From positions 961 to 64,960 of the forward strand of contig CAYTUI010000001.1 of the NCBI GenBank assembly GCA_964441335.1: a DNA stretch of 64,000 bases, read 5' to 3'. The stretch is from an uncultured Gammaproteobacteria bacterium. GTDB taxonomy: Bacteria; Patescibacteriota; Patescibacteriia; UBA1558; 2-01-FULL-52-15. The notes below the pieces were generated by a model. The model did no database searches. It was not told where the DNA came from and saw only the letters and a list, made by a program, of their open reading frames with translations. Position numbers and translations under genes: made by a program. Positions within the stretch are counted from its first letter, which is position 1; every line of letters begins with the position of its first letter. Below, in pieces: positions 46,149 through 55,556 of this stretch.

Positions 46149-46198
46149 TCCAAAAAAATAAACCGCGATATTTTATTAGGCAGTTTATTATTGTTTGA

Positions 46199-48127
46199 TT
46201 ATTTAGAAATTTTTGGCAGAAAAACCCGGCTGGCAAATAGTTTGGTAGCTGTTTGCCGATAACCAGAATCCCAAAAGGTGCTTTGACCGTCAATCAAATC
46301 AGAATGCGGAGTGCTAATACCACCAAAGGTAGGGAAATATCGGCTATAACCTTTATGCATTAGTCGGTAGTGCAAAGTGTCCCGTTCCATTTCTTCAAGA
46401 TATAAACCTCGTGCTTCCCGATCGTAAATTATTTTATCTGTGTCATACATATATGGCGTCAGCAATTGGCCTTGCAATTGTTTAATGGTTGTCTTATCAC
46501 CTTCCCAGGCCGCTCCAAACAAGACATGTGTCCAGGTACTATGACCAAGTGAAACATCAGGTTTGTCAAAGTCGCGGACAGCTAAGCCGTCAGCAGTTTC
46601 TTCCAGCCAAAATTCAACCACTTGCCCCTGTATCTTTTCATGAGAGAATATTTTTCTTAGTGCAGCCTGTAATTGACCGCGATTATCCGAAGAGGTGCCG
46701 GGTTTGATAAATACTCCAACATCAATGTCGGCGTTTTGCTGACCATAACCTTTGAGGCGCGAGCCAAAAATCAAAGCCACTGGGTAGATGAATTTTGTCA
46801 GTTCATGATCAGATTCAATTAAGCCAATAATATCTTGGACATCGCTCATCTCGGTTTTCATAGTTTTAAGGTTTTCGGAAAACGGGCCAGCTAATTGAGG
46901 GATGGTGATATCTAGTTTGTCTAACTGTTGATCATCTAAAATACCTAATCCGTGCAACCGACAAAATGTTTTGGACAAAGCCTCGCGGATTTCCATCGTG
47001 TCATTATCCCATAAAGATAGCAGTGTTTCCCGATAGCGATCGTATAGTGCCAGAGCTTCATCATTGGACGCAGTTTCAACAGCCATTCTAATGCCTTCAA
47101 TTAAAGCCAGTTGGCAGGTAGGATCAGCTTCAGCTGTGGCTAATTGTGAGACAATCTCAGCCGACAGTTTATTGTCGGCAATGGCCAGACTGATATCCTC
47201 GGCGGCTGATTTAACGGCTTGCTGTTTCTTTTCTTGTTTAAGCCAAGCTGTCCGTTTTTTAGTGATGCCCCTAATCTCTTCAGCGTCAATGCGACTAAAT
47301 TCTTCTCGCAGTTTATTTTGTAGTGTTGATAATGTTATGTCTGACGATTGAACTTTATCGTCATCTTTATTTTCCCATGAGCTGATAAGTATTGCCATAT
47401 TGCGAGCTAGCGGATCGGCAGAGGCCTTAAGACGCGCTATTTCAGGTTTTTGTATGAACCCTAGATCAGCTAACACGGGCAGGGTATCGGCAATACTTTG
47501 TTTTAAAGTCTCATCCTCGCTGGTTTCCAATAGTTTAAAAACGTCTTCAATTGCAATTAAATTATTTTCTACCAATTTAGGAATTAGATGAGCAGCTTTG
47601 ACGACTCGGGGTAAATCAGACACTCGCGATTCTACTTCCAGAACATCGCCGTCAACAAAATTAGCCCGGACATCATGTATATGCAGTAAATCATTCCAAG
47701 CGGCTAAATAGGCTTCTTTAAATTGTGCGGCTGCCTTTTTGAGTTCTGGCGATTCAGGCTGCCAATCAGCCTTTGGTAAAAATTCAAAAGGCAGATAGAG
47801 AACAAGACGTTTATAGTCCGAGCTGGTCTCTAATAAATTGCTTAGTGAGACGTATAATTCAGCTACCTGGCTTTCAGTTAAATGATTTTCAGAGACAGCA
47901 CTTTGTAAAGTGATATCTGGTCGCGGCAGTCTGGAGATAACAGCGTCCAGCCGTTGGTTAAGCTCTTGCCTGTCGGCCACTTGTTTTAAAAATTCTTTAT
48001 TGTCGCTAAGGTGCTCGGGCCAGGCAATTTTGGCTTGTTCAGGATCAAGCAGTAACTCTACGGCCGGTGGAGTAAAAATGTCGATTTTGGGTAACTCTTT
48101 TTGGTTGTCTAATCTTTCGTTATTCAT
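46199..48127 (-). CDS. Large (642 aa) protein with C-terminal Pol-beta-superfamily nucleotidyltransferase domain and long helical N-terminal region
   Basis: GSRLKGYGQQNADIDVGVFIKP (GS-x10-DxD) NTase signature near residue 490, with downstream acidic EFWLEE. The N-terminal 480 aa are helical and unassigned. Confidence 0.55.
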   Translation of the reverse strand: MNNERLDNQKELPKIDIFTPPAVELLLDPEQAKIAWPEHLSDNKEFLKQVADRQELNQRLDAVISRLPRPDITLQSAVSENHLTESQVAELYVSLSNLLETSSDYKRLVLYLPFEFLPKADWQPESPELKKAAAQFKEAYLAAWNDLLHIHDVRANFVDGDVLEVESRVSDLPRVVKAAHLIPKLVENNLIAIEDVFKLLETSEDETLKQSIADTLPVLADLGFIQKPEIARLKASADPLARNMAILISSWENKDDDKVQSSDITLSTLQNKLREEFSRIDAEEIRGITKKRTAWLKQEKKQQAVKSAAEDISLAIADNKLSAEIVSQLATAEADPTCQLALIEGIRMAVETASNDEALALYDRYRETLLSLWDNDTMEIREALSKTFCRLHGLGILDDQQLDKLDITIPQLAGPFSENLKTMKTEMSDVQDIIGLIESDHELTKFIYPVALIFGSRLKGYGQQNADIDVGVFIKPGTSSDNRGQLQAALRKIFSHEKIQGQVVEFWLEETADGLAVRDFDKPDVSLGHSTWTHVLFGAAWEGDKTTIKQLQGQLLTPYMYDTDKIIYDREARGLYLEEMERDTLHYRLMHKGYSRYFPTFGGISTPHSDLIDGQSTFWDSGYRQTATKLFASRVFLPKISK

Positions 48128-48650
48128 AGTGGGTATTATAAACTACTGTCTGCCTAGAACACAAGCGGGTATTTTTACGCAACAACTTGTGGTTATCTTT
48201 AGATAGAATGGAATAGATGAAGCCCCGTCCAGATGTACCGAACGGGGCTTCGCGAGCATTCATCGCACTTGCGTGCGGGCAGGAGTGAACCAACCGGTTC
48301 TGATGTCGTTTCGCCTACATATAGGGTGTCGTCTTTTGTTCCACTTGGGGAACTGTGTCCCGCTTGGGAACCCCTTTGCGAAAACGTTGCCACCAGTCAC
48401 TCCTGATTGTGCCTGATTGCCGCTCCGAGCGCTATCTACCAGCTACGGGGGATGGTCCGTCACGAGATTCACGCGAACCTCCTAGTTGATCCGACACTGG
48501 TCGATGGATAGCTAGCTCCCGAAGGAACCGCTGGCAACATACTATACTTTATTTGGTAAATTGTCAATATCAGTCGGTTTAGGGCTAAATAAATGGTATA
48601 ATATAATCATGAAATTTAAGTTTAGAGGCTTTACCCAGCACCGTTTTTGT

Positions 48651-49349
48651 ATGTCGTTTGGTGCAACTGATGCGGGGGTTAAACAGTTTATCGGAAGATA
48701 TTTTTACCAGATAAAAAAGGGTGCTGGGTTTACGTTGATTGAACTACTGGTGGTTATTTCTGTGATCAGCATCTTAAGCTCTATCACTATCGTTAGTATG
48801 TCCAAGGCTAGAGCTAAAGCCAGGGATGCTGTTAGGTTAAGTGAGATAAATACTATATTAACTGCCTTGCAGGCTTATTACCAAAATCACAATGGTTGGC
48901 CGCTAGGAGATACGGGTTCGTATTCTGCCCCCGTAGGTTTTCCAGCGACTGGTAAGTGTTCAAAACCATTAAATTATTATGTTTGTCGTTCTTATGAGCC
49001 CTGCCAGTCGCAGAAAACTGATGGGACCCCAAATGATAGTAATTGGATTGATGCTCTAGGCCCTTATTTTGCATCTGGTCATCCTCCAATGGGCCCGACT
49101 TTTTCAGGAGATAAATGTCCACATCCGGGCGCTCCTGCAGCGACACAATCTAACTATTTTTATACTTATGTACGGTATAATGAAGAAAGCTCCCGCTTCG
49201 GAGAAATGGATCTTTTCTATATTCTAGAAAATGATAATTCATTAAATAACTTAAGAGGGGAATATTTTGCAATTTGTCCTCTACAGGAGTTAAGCTCTTC
49301 TTATTGTATGCGTATAACGGGACAGGCTGATGGCAAGATAATAGATTGA
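48651..49349 (+). CDS. Type IV pilin/pseudopilin-like protein (prepilin N-terminal methylation motif) with large Cys-containing C-terminal domain
   Basis: KGAGFTLIELLVVISVISIL class III signal/N-methylation site. Start uncertain: the nearest in-frame ATG gives a 32-aa leader, and a non-ATG start closer to the G|FTLIEL site is possible. Confidence 0.7.
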   Translation: MSFGATDAGVKQFIGRYFYQIKKGAGFTLIELLVVISVISILSSITIVSMSKARAKARDAVRLSEINTILTALQAYYQNHNGWPLGDTGSYSAPVGFPATGKCSKPLNYYVCRSYEPCQSQKTDGTPNDSNWIDALGPYFASGHPPMGPTFSGDKCPHPGAPAATQSNYFYTYVRYNEESSRFGEMDLFYILENDNSLNNLRGEYFAICPLQELSSSYCMRITGQADGKIID

Positions 49350-49398
49350 GTATAAGGCATTTTTCTTGTACAATAGAACAGTTGATTTTAAATTTATT

Positions 49399-50163
49399 AT
49401 GGCCAGAGTAATCGCGATTGTTAATCAAAAAGGCGGGGTAGGTAAAACTACTACCGCTATTAATCTGGCTTCTTATTTAGCGGCGGCCGGCCGACGGGTG
49501 TTGGTTATAGATATTGATCCGCAGGGCAATGCCACTTCCGGTTTGGGACTAAATCACCGTTCGGAAGAGGCCGGCATTTATCAGGTATTGGTGAACGAAC
49601 CGTTAAAACTTAGTTCTGTTGTTAAGGTAGTCAGCGATAATTTACATTTAGCGCCTTCAACACCGCATCTGGCCGGAGCAACTGTGGAATTAGTTAATTA
49701 TCCGGGGCGGGAGTATGTTTTGCATAAGAATATTCAGGAGGTTCTGCCTTATTATGATTATATTTTAATAGACAACCCGCCGTCTTTAGGGCTGTTGACT
49801 TTAAACGGTTTGGTGGCTGCGAATGAAGTATTGATTCCGGTGCAGTGTGAATATTATGCTCTGGAAGGTTTGAGTCAGTTATTGCATACAATTAGTTTGG
49901 TGAAAGACAGCTTGAACCCTGACTTGCAAGTTTTAGGCGCTGTTATGACTATGTTTGACGGTCGCAATAAATTATCCGAGGCGGTATTTGAAGAACTTTA
50001 TCAATTTTTTCCCAATAAGATTTTTCGTTCAGTTATTCCGCGCAATGTCAAATTGGCAGAGGCGCCTTCGCACGGCTTGGCCATTAAAGATTATGATAAT
50101 AAATCACGTGGCGCTGTCGCTTATCAAAAATTAGCTGAAGAAATAGTAAAAGCATATGAATAA
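49399..50163 (+). CDS. parA: Chromosome partitioning ATPase ParA/Soj
   Basis: Deviant Walker A IVNQKGGVGKTTTAINLA. Confidence 0.9.
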   Translation: MARVIAIVNQKGGVGKTTTAINLASYLAAAGRRVLVIDIDPQGNATSGLGLNHRSEEAGIYQVLVNEPLKLSSVVKVVSDNLHLAPSTPHLAGATVELVNYPGREYVLHKNIQEVLPYYDYILIDNPPSLGLLTLNGLVAANEVLIPVQCEYYALEGLSQLLHTISLVKDSLNPDLQVLGAVMTMFDGRNKLSEAVFEELYQFFPNKIFRSVIPRNVKLAEAPSHGLAIKDYDNKSRGAVAYQKLAEEIVKAYE

Positions 50164-51025
50164 TAATACTTTAGGCAGGGGATTGGGCGCACTAATCCCG
50201 GGGTCAGATTTAAAAGATAGTCAGAAGTCACAGCCGGCTTTTAAAAGCGAGCCTGATGTTTTGGGACAGCAGATTATTAAAGTCCCGCTGGCAAAAATTA
50301 TTTCTAATCCTTGGCAGCCGCGTACCGGCTTTGATCATGACAAAATGGCAGAGTTGGCGGCCTCAATCAAGAGGTATGGAATTATTCAACCCTTAGTTTT
50401 GTCACCCGGTGACAATGACGGTTATCAGTTGATTGCCGGCGAAAGGCGATTTAAGGCGGCTCAATTGCTTGGTCTGACAGAAGTGCCGGCGATTATCCGC
50501 AAAGCGCAGGATCATGAGAAATTGGAATTGGCACTGGTGGAAAATATTCAAAGACAGAATCTTAATCCTTTGGAAGAGTCTGGTAGTTACCAGAGATTAA
50601 TGGACGAGTTTGGTTTGACGCAGGAGGAAGTGGCCGAGCGGGTTGGTAAAAGCCGTTCAACGGTAGCCAATTGTTTACGTCTGAAAAATTTACCTGATGA
50701 AGTTAAGCAGGCCTTACGTGATGAAAAGATTTCTTTTTCCCATGCCAAAGTTTTATTAGGTTTGTCTACAAAGCAGGAACAGCTGAAATTGATGAAGAAA
50801 ATTATAGACGACAGTATACCGGTGGCCGTTTTACAGCAGAAGCAAACAGTTGTTAGGCAACATACCAGACAGATTAAAGACCCTGTTTTATCAGCTTTGG
50901 AATTAAAATTAACACAGTCATTGTCAGCACGTGTGAATGTCAAGAAATCAGGTTTGGGCGGGACTGTAGAGATTGCCTGGGAATCGGAAGAAGACCTTAA
51001 ACGTTTGGCTGATCGTTTGAGTTAG
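50156..51025 (+). CDS. parB: Chromosome partitioning protein ParB/Spo0J
   Basis: ParB box GERRFKAAQLLGL and HTH region; overlaps parA stop. Confidence 0.9.
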   Translation: MNNNTLGRGLGALIPGSDLKDSQKSQPAFKSEPDVLGQQIIKVPLAKIISNPWQPRTGFDHDKMAELAASIKRYGIIQPLVLSPGDNDGYQLIAGERRFKAAQLLGLTEVPAIIRKAQDHEKLELALVENIQRQNLNPLEESGSYQRLMDEFGLTQEEVAERVGKSRSTVANCLRLKNLPDEVKQALRDEKISFSHAKVLLGLSTKQEQLKLMKKIIDDSIPVAVLQQKQTVVRQHTRQIKDPVLSALELKLTQSLSARVNVKKSGLGGTVEIAWESEEDLKRLADRLS

Positions 51026-52482
51026 TTCCAAAATTTTTCTGAACTATTTTTTCTTAGTTGATTGCGAATTTTATCACGGGCCTTACCAGTTTTGGCCATT
51101 CTTAACCAGTCGGCATTCGGCTGTTTTCTGTTTTTATCCTTAATGATTTCCACCACGTCGCCGCTTTTAAGAGGCCTATCCAAGCTGGACATTTGCTGGT
51201 TAACCAGAGCGCCTGACATGTGACCGCCAATCTCTGAATGAATGTGATAGGCAAAGTCTATCGGGGTGGCTGCTTCCGGCAAATCAATAACATCACCTTC
51301 GGGTGTAAAGACAAAAATTCGATCCTGAAAAATATCGTTTTTAATATCTTTGAGATATTGCATGTTGTCCTTAATGTCCTTTTGCCAGCCCAGCAAGTCG
51401 TCTATCCAATGCAGACTCTTTTTGGAATAAAATTTATTGGTAATTTCTTTGTATTTAGTATGGGCGGCAATACCGTATTCGGAAATTTCGTGCATCATTT
51501 CGTCGCGAATCTGAAACTCCACGACTTTGCCAAATTCGGTGAAAACAGAAGTATGTAAAGATTGATAACCGTTTGGTTTGGGTTGGGCGATATAATCTTT
51601 AACGCGGCCTTTCAGTGGCGTCCAGCGACGGTGGATAACACCCAATGCCTGATAACAATCGGCTACAGTCGGAACAATAATGCGCAAGGCTATCAGATCA
51701 TAGATTCTGGTTATATCTTTTCCGCGGCTAAGTAATTTTTTGTAGAGACTGTAGATATGTTTAACTCGGCCCTGAATTTCAATTACCGGCACATTGTTTT
51801 TCATCAGTTGGTGGTAAGCAATTTTTTGGGCCTTGTCAATGTATTTACGTTCGTTTTTTAGACGATCTTTGACCAGAGAATTGACCCACTTATATTCTTC
51901 CGGATAGACAAAGGGGAAAGAATAATCCTCTAGTTGGCTTTTTAATTCAAACATACCCAGACGATTAGCAATCGGCGCGTAGATTTCCAGGGTTTCTTGG
52001 GCAATACGCTTGGCCTTATCCGGGCGATGAATGTCTAAGGTTTTTATATTATCCAACCGGTCGGCCAGTTTGATAATGATAATTCTTAAATCGCTAGCCA
52101 TCGCCACGAACATTTTTCGCAGGTTTTCCGCGTAGCGTTCAATGCCGCGGTATTTTAATGTCCCCAGCTTGGTAATACCGGATACTAGAGTGCAGATATC
52201 ATCGCCAAACTCCCGTTTAATATCCTCTAAAGTTTTGTCAGTATCTTCAGGCACATCATGCAGTAGTCCGGTAACGATTGTGGCCATGTCCATTTTTAAT
52301 TCCACCAAATTATAAGCGGTGGCCAGACTGTGGTAGATGTATTCCTCGCCGGTTTTTCTTTTTTGACCGGCGTGCGCCTGGCGGGCAAAGTCATAGGCTT
52401 TAACCAATAAAGTAATATCTTCATCAGGATGAAGCTGAATAACAGCCGATTTCAATTTTTGCCAGGTAATTTTTGGGGTCAT
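51022..52482 (-). CDS. Short bifunctional (p)ppGpp synthetase/hydrolase Rel/SpoT homolog (HD + synthetase + TGS, no ACT/RRM tail)
   Basis: HD-domain HD motif (LHDVPEDT), RelA/SpoT synthetase region (RVKHIYSLYKKL, LIALRIIV), TGS-like C-terminus (IFVFTPEGDVIDLP). Confidence 0.85.
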   Translation of the reverse strand: MTPKITWQKLKSAVIQLHPDEDITLLVKAYDFARQAHAGQKRKTGEEYIYHSLATAYNLVELKMDMATIVTGLLHDVPEDTDKTLEDIKREFGDDICTLVSGITKLGTLKYRGIERYAENLRKMFVAMASDLRIIIIKLADRLDNIKTLDIHRPDKAKRIAQETLEIYAPIANRLGMFELKSQLEDYSFPFVYPEEYKWVNSLVKDRLKNERKYIDKAQKIAYHQLMKNNVPVIEIQGRVKHIYSLYKKLLSRGKDITRIYDLIALRIIVPTVADCYQALGVIHRRWTPLKGRVKDYIAQPKPNGYQSLHTSVFTEFGKVVEFQIRDEMMHEISEYGIAAHTKYKEITNKFYSKKSLHWIDDLLGWQKDIKDNMQYLKDIKNDIFQDRIFVFTPEGDVIDLPEAATPIDFAYHIHSEIGGHMSGALVNQQMSSLDRPLKSGDVVEIIKDKNRKQPNADWLRMAKTGKARDKIRNQLRKNSSEKFWN

Positions 52483-52559
52483 AGGCTTATCATGAATCTT
52501 AGGCTAAAAAGCCGAGGTTTTCAAGACAGCGGTATGTTAGAAATAATAAACATGTCCAA

Positions 52560-52680
52560 TTGAATTATGGATTGAAAGAGGTAGTAGGAAGTAGGTAGTA
52601 GGAAGTAGGTAGTAGCTAGTAGGTAGTAGGTTATCGCCCAGTTGGTGGTGGGCGAAGGTTGTGGGCGGGGGTTCCGATTA
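52560..52680. repeat. GTAG/CTAC-rich low-complexity tract plus terminator hairpin (CGCCCA..TGGGCG on minus strand) downstream of topA
   Basis: AGGTAGTAGGAAGTAGGTAGTAG... repeats seen directly. Confidence 0.65.
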
Positions 52681-52681
52681 A

Positions 52682-54880
52682 CTAATTTTGGTATTTGCAG
52701 TTAGAGTTGGAACACTTAATTTTATCGTTAGCGGCGTAGGTTAACAGTGAACGGCAGTCTGGGCATTTGTCGCCTGTGGGTTTTTGCCAGAGAGCAAATT
52801 TGCAGTCCGGATAGCGATTACAGCTATAGAAAATTTTGCCTTTGCGACTTTTCTTTTCGGTTATTTCTCCCTGATTACATTCCGGACATTTAACGCCGGT
52901 AGAAACCGAGTGGTTCTTAATATTTTTACAGTCAGGATAACCGGTGCAGGCTAAAAATTTTCCGAAGCGGCCGTGTTTGAAAGCCATAGGCTTACCACAC
53001 TTGTCGCAGATTTCATCAGTAGTTTCTGCCGGAGCCGGCTCGCCGTCACCGCCCAGCTGTTTGGTATTTTTGCAGTCCGGATAACCGGTGCAGGCTAAAA
53101 ATTTGCCGAAACGCCCCATTTTTACCACCATCGGCTTACCGCATTTTTCGCAAATCTCGTCGGTAGCTTCTTCAGTCAATTCTTTTTTGGTTAAGTCTTG
53201 TTCCTTTTGCATGAGATTATCTTTAAATGGATAATAAAAGTCGGCAATGACCGGCTGCCATTTGATTTCTCCTTGGGCAACTTTGTCCAGGTTATCTTCC
53301 ATGGAAGCTGTAAAATCATAGTCGATAATTTGACTAAAATGTTCTTTAAGAATATTCGTGACTAACTTACCCATGTCTGTTGGTTTGAGACGCTTTTCCT
53401 CTTTGACGACATATTTTCTGGCAATCACCGTAGAGATAGTCGGAGCATAAGTAGATGGTCGGCCAATACCTTTTTCTTCTAAAGCCTTAACCAAACCGGC
53501 TTCAGAATAACGGGCCGGTGGTTGGGTATAATGCTGATTGGCTAGTAATTCTTTTAAAGTTACTTGATCGCCTTGAGCTAAAGTCGGCAATTCTTTGTCA
53601 CCATTGCTGCTATGATAAACTTTTAACCAACCGGGAAATTTAACAACTGAACCGGTAGCTCTTAAAGTATAGGGTGTTCCTTCGGCTTTAATATCTACCG
53701 AAGTCATAGCGACTTTGGCGTCAGGCATTTGAGTAGCCAAAGCTCTAGACCAGATTAAATTATAAAGTTTGTGTTGACGGCTATCCAAGTATTGTTTGAT
53801 TGACTCTGGTTCGCGGTTGGGGTCGGTCGGTCTAATTGCTTCGTGAGCTTCCTGTGCCAGTTTGGACTTTTGTTTGAAAAAACGGGGTTTATCCAAACTG
53901 TAGTCTGAACCAAATTTTTGATTTAAATAGGTCACGGCTTGGCCGGTAAATTCGTTAGACAAATTTAAAGAGTCGGTTCTCATGTATGTAATTAAACCGG
54001 TGGAGCCTTCAGAGCCGATATCTATACCTTCGTATAGTTGCTGGGCGAGCATCATAGTTTGCTTGGCTGAAAAACCCAGTTTACGGTTAGCCTCCTGCTG
54101 TAAGGTGGAAGTGGTAAAAGGTGTTGGGGCTTTGCGGCTAATTTCTTTGCCGTTAACTTCAACAACCTTTAGTGTGCTGTTTTTGATTTGCTGTTCAGCT
54201 TCTTTGGACTGCTGTTCCTGAAGGTCAAATTTTTTGAATGGTTTATCGTCTTTGGAATATAAACTTATTTCAAAATCAATCTTATCTTTGGTTGCCAGAC
54301 CGTCCACGGTCCAGTATTCCTCTGGCTTGAATGCCTCAATTTCTTCTTCCCGTTCCACAATTAATCTGACAGCCACCGATTGAACGCGACCGGCGGATAA
54401 ACCGCGGGCCACTTTTTTCCAGAGGAAAGGCGACAGTTCATAACCGACCAACCGGTCAAGAACACGACGAGCCTGTTGGGCGTCTATTAGATTGATGTTC
54501 AGAGAATGAGGATGTTTTAAAGCGTCTAAAATAGCCTGTTTGGTTATTTCATGAAAAGTAATTCGTTTAACTTTGTCAGCCGGCACTTTAAATATCTGCT
54601 GTAAATGCCAAGAGATGGCTTCTCCTTCACGGTCTTCGTCAGTCGCGAAGTAGATTTCATCAGCCTTATCGGCCAACTTCTTTAACTCTGTGACAATTTT
54701 TTTGGCTTTCAAAGGAATAACATATTGAGGTTCGAAATCATTCTTTATATCTATACCCATCTTGCTTTTTGGCAAATCACGGATATGACCAAAGGAGGAC
54801 TTGATGGTGTAGTCCTTGTCTAAAAATTTAGAAATTGTTTTGGCTTTTGTCGGAGATTCGACGATGACCAGATTTTTCAT
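52682..54880 (-). CDS. topA: DNA topoisomerase I TopA with C-terminal zinc ribbons
   Basis: Toprim N-terminus (LVIVESPTKAKTI), active-site region, three C4 zinc-ribbon repeats (CxxC...CxxC). Confidence 0.95.
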   Translation of the reverse strand: MKNLVIVESPTKAKTISKFLDKDYTIKSSFGHIRDLPKSKMGIDIKNDFEPQYVIPLKAKKIVTELKKLADKADEIYFATDEDREGEAISWHLQQIFKVPADKVKRITFHEITKQAILDALKHPHSLNINLIDAQQARRVLDRLVGYELSPFLWKKVARGLSAGRVQSVAVRLIVEREEEIEAFKPEEYWTVDGLATKDKIDFEISLYSKDDKPFKKFDLQEQQSKEAEQQIKNSTLKVVEVNGKEISRKAPTPFTTSTLQQEANRKLGFSAKQTMMLAQQLYEGIDIGSEGSTGLITYMRTDSLNLSNEFTGQAVTYLNQKFGSDYSLDKPRFFKQKSKLAQEAHEAIRPTDPNREPESIKQYLDSRQHKLYNLIWSRALATQMPDAKVAMTSVDIKAEGTPYTLRATGSVVKFPGWLKVYHSSNGDKELPTLAQGDQVTLKELLANQHYTQPPARYSEAGLVKALEEKGIGRPSTYAPTISTVIARKYVVKEEKRLKPTDMGKLVTNILKEHFSQIIDYDFTASMEDNLDKVAQGEIKWQPVIADFYYPFKDNLMQKEQDLTKKELTEEATDEICEKCGKPMVVKMGRFGKFLACTGYPDCKNTKQLGGDGEPAPAETTDEICDKCGKPMAFKHGRFGKFLACTGYPDCKNIKNHSVSTGVKCPECNQGEITEKKSRKGKIFYSCNRYPDCKFALWQKPTGDKCPDCRSLLTYAANDKIKCSNSNCKYQN

Positions 54881-54965
54881 AAGTCTGACTATAATAGAAA
54901 AGCTTTATTTTGGCAAGTTTTTGGTTGTTGATAGTCAAAGTCATATATAATATTGTCCGTTGCGA

Positions 54966-55556
54966 TCAATCAGCATCGTTAGAATTATTTCGGTCTTTTA
55001 GCCAATTAATCGGGTTATTTTTAATGTACATACGAATTTTATATAGAGATTCTTCATTCCGTATAATATGATCGTGGAATCGCGATTGCCAGAATTGTCG
55101 TCCGAGGGTGCCGCGGTGCTGGTTAATGCGGCGGGCCGAAAATGTTTTAAAACCGCGAATTATTTCTGATACCGAATAGCGCCCGGTTGGGTAATCGTTG
55201 AAATGACGTTGATTTAATGCAAAACCCGTGGAGGCGGGTTTGAAACCCGCCTCTACAGGACGCCGGTTGCAATTATACCGGGCGTTAATGCGGATTATTC
55301 CATGAACGTGGTTCGGCATTATGACAAATGCGTCCAATCGGCAATCGCAATAATGTTTTGTTAAATCACGCCAGCATTTTTTCACGATTTGTCCCAATGG
55401 TGATAGTTGCATTTTACCGTTAACAATTTGTCCTAAATCGCAGATTCTGTTTTTGACGCAAATGGTTATAAAATAATATCCTTGATTTGAATAATCCCAA
55501 TATGGTAAACGTGTTGATTCGATTCTATATCTGCCTAGGTATTTTGAATATTTCAT
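54966..55556 (-). mobile_element. IS200/IS605-type Y1 (HuH) tyrosine transposase, RAYT/YafM-like, carrying an in-frame GTAG+hairpin (REP-like) insertion
   Basis: HuH motif MPNHVHGII and C-terminal FWQSRFHDHIIRNEESLYKIRMYIKNNP (YafM-like catalytic region). Perfect palindrome GAGGCGGGTTT-G-AAACCCGCCTC + CTAC at 55231-55256 lies inside the reading frame. Gene sits between topA and dprA. Confidence 0.75.

Noticed and set aside
44719-46293. 524-aa ORF on the minus strand overlapping the PurA-like and downstream genes
   Set aside because: It is antisense to two well-supported plus-strand genes with strong RBSs in a 60% GC region, where long spurious antisense ORFs are expected. It has no RBS and a low-complexity Arg/Gly/Pro-rich translation.
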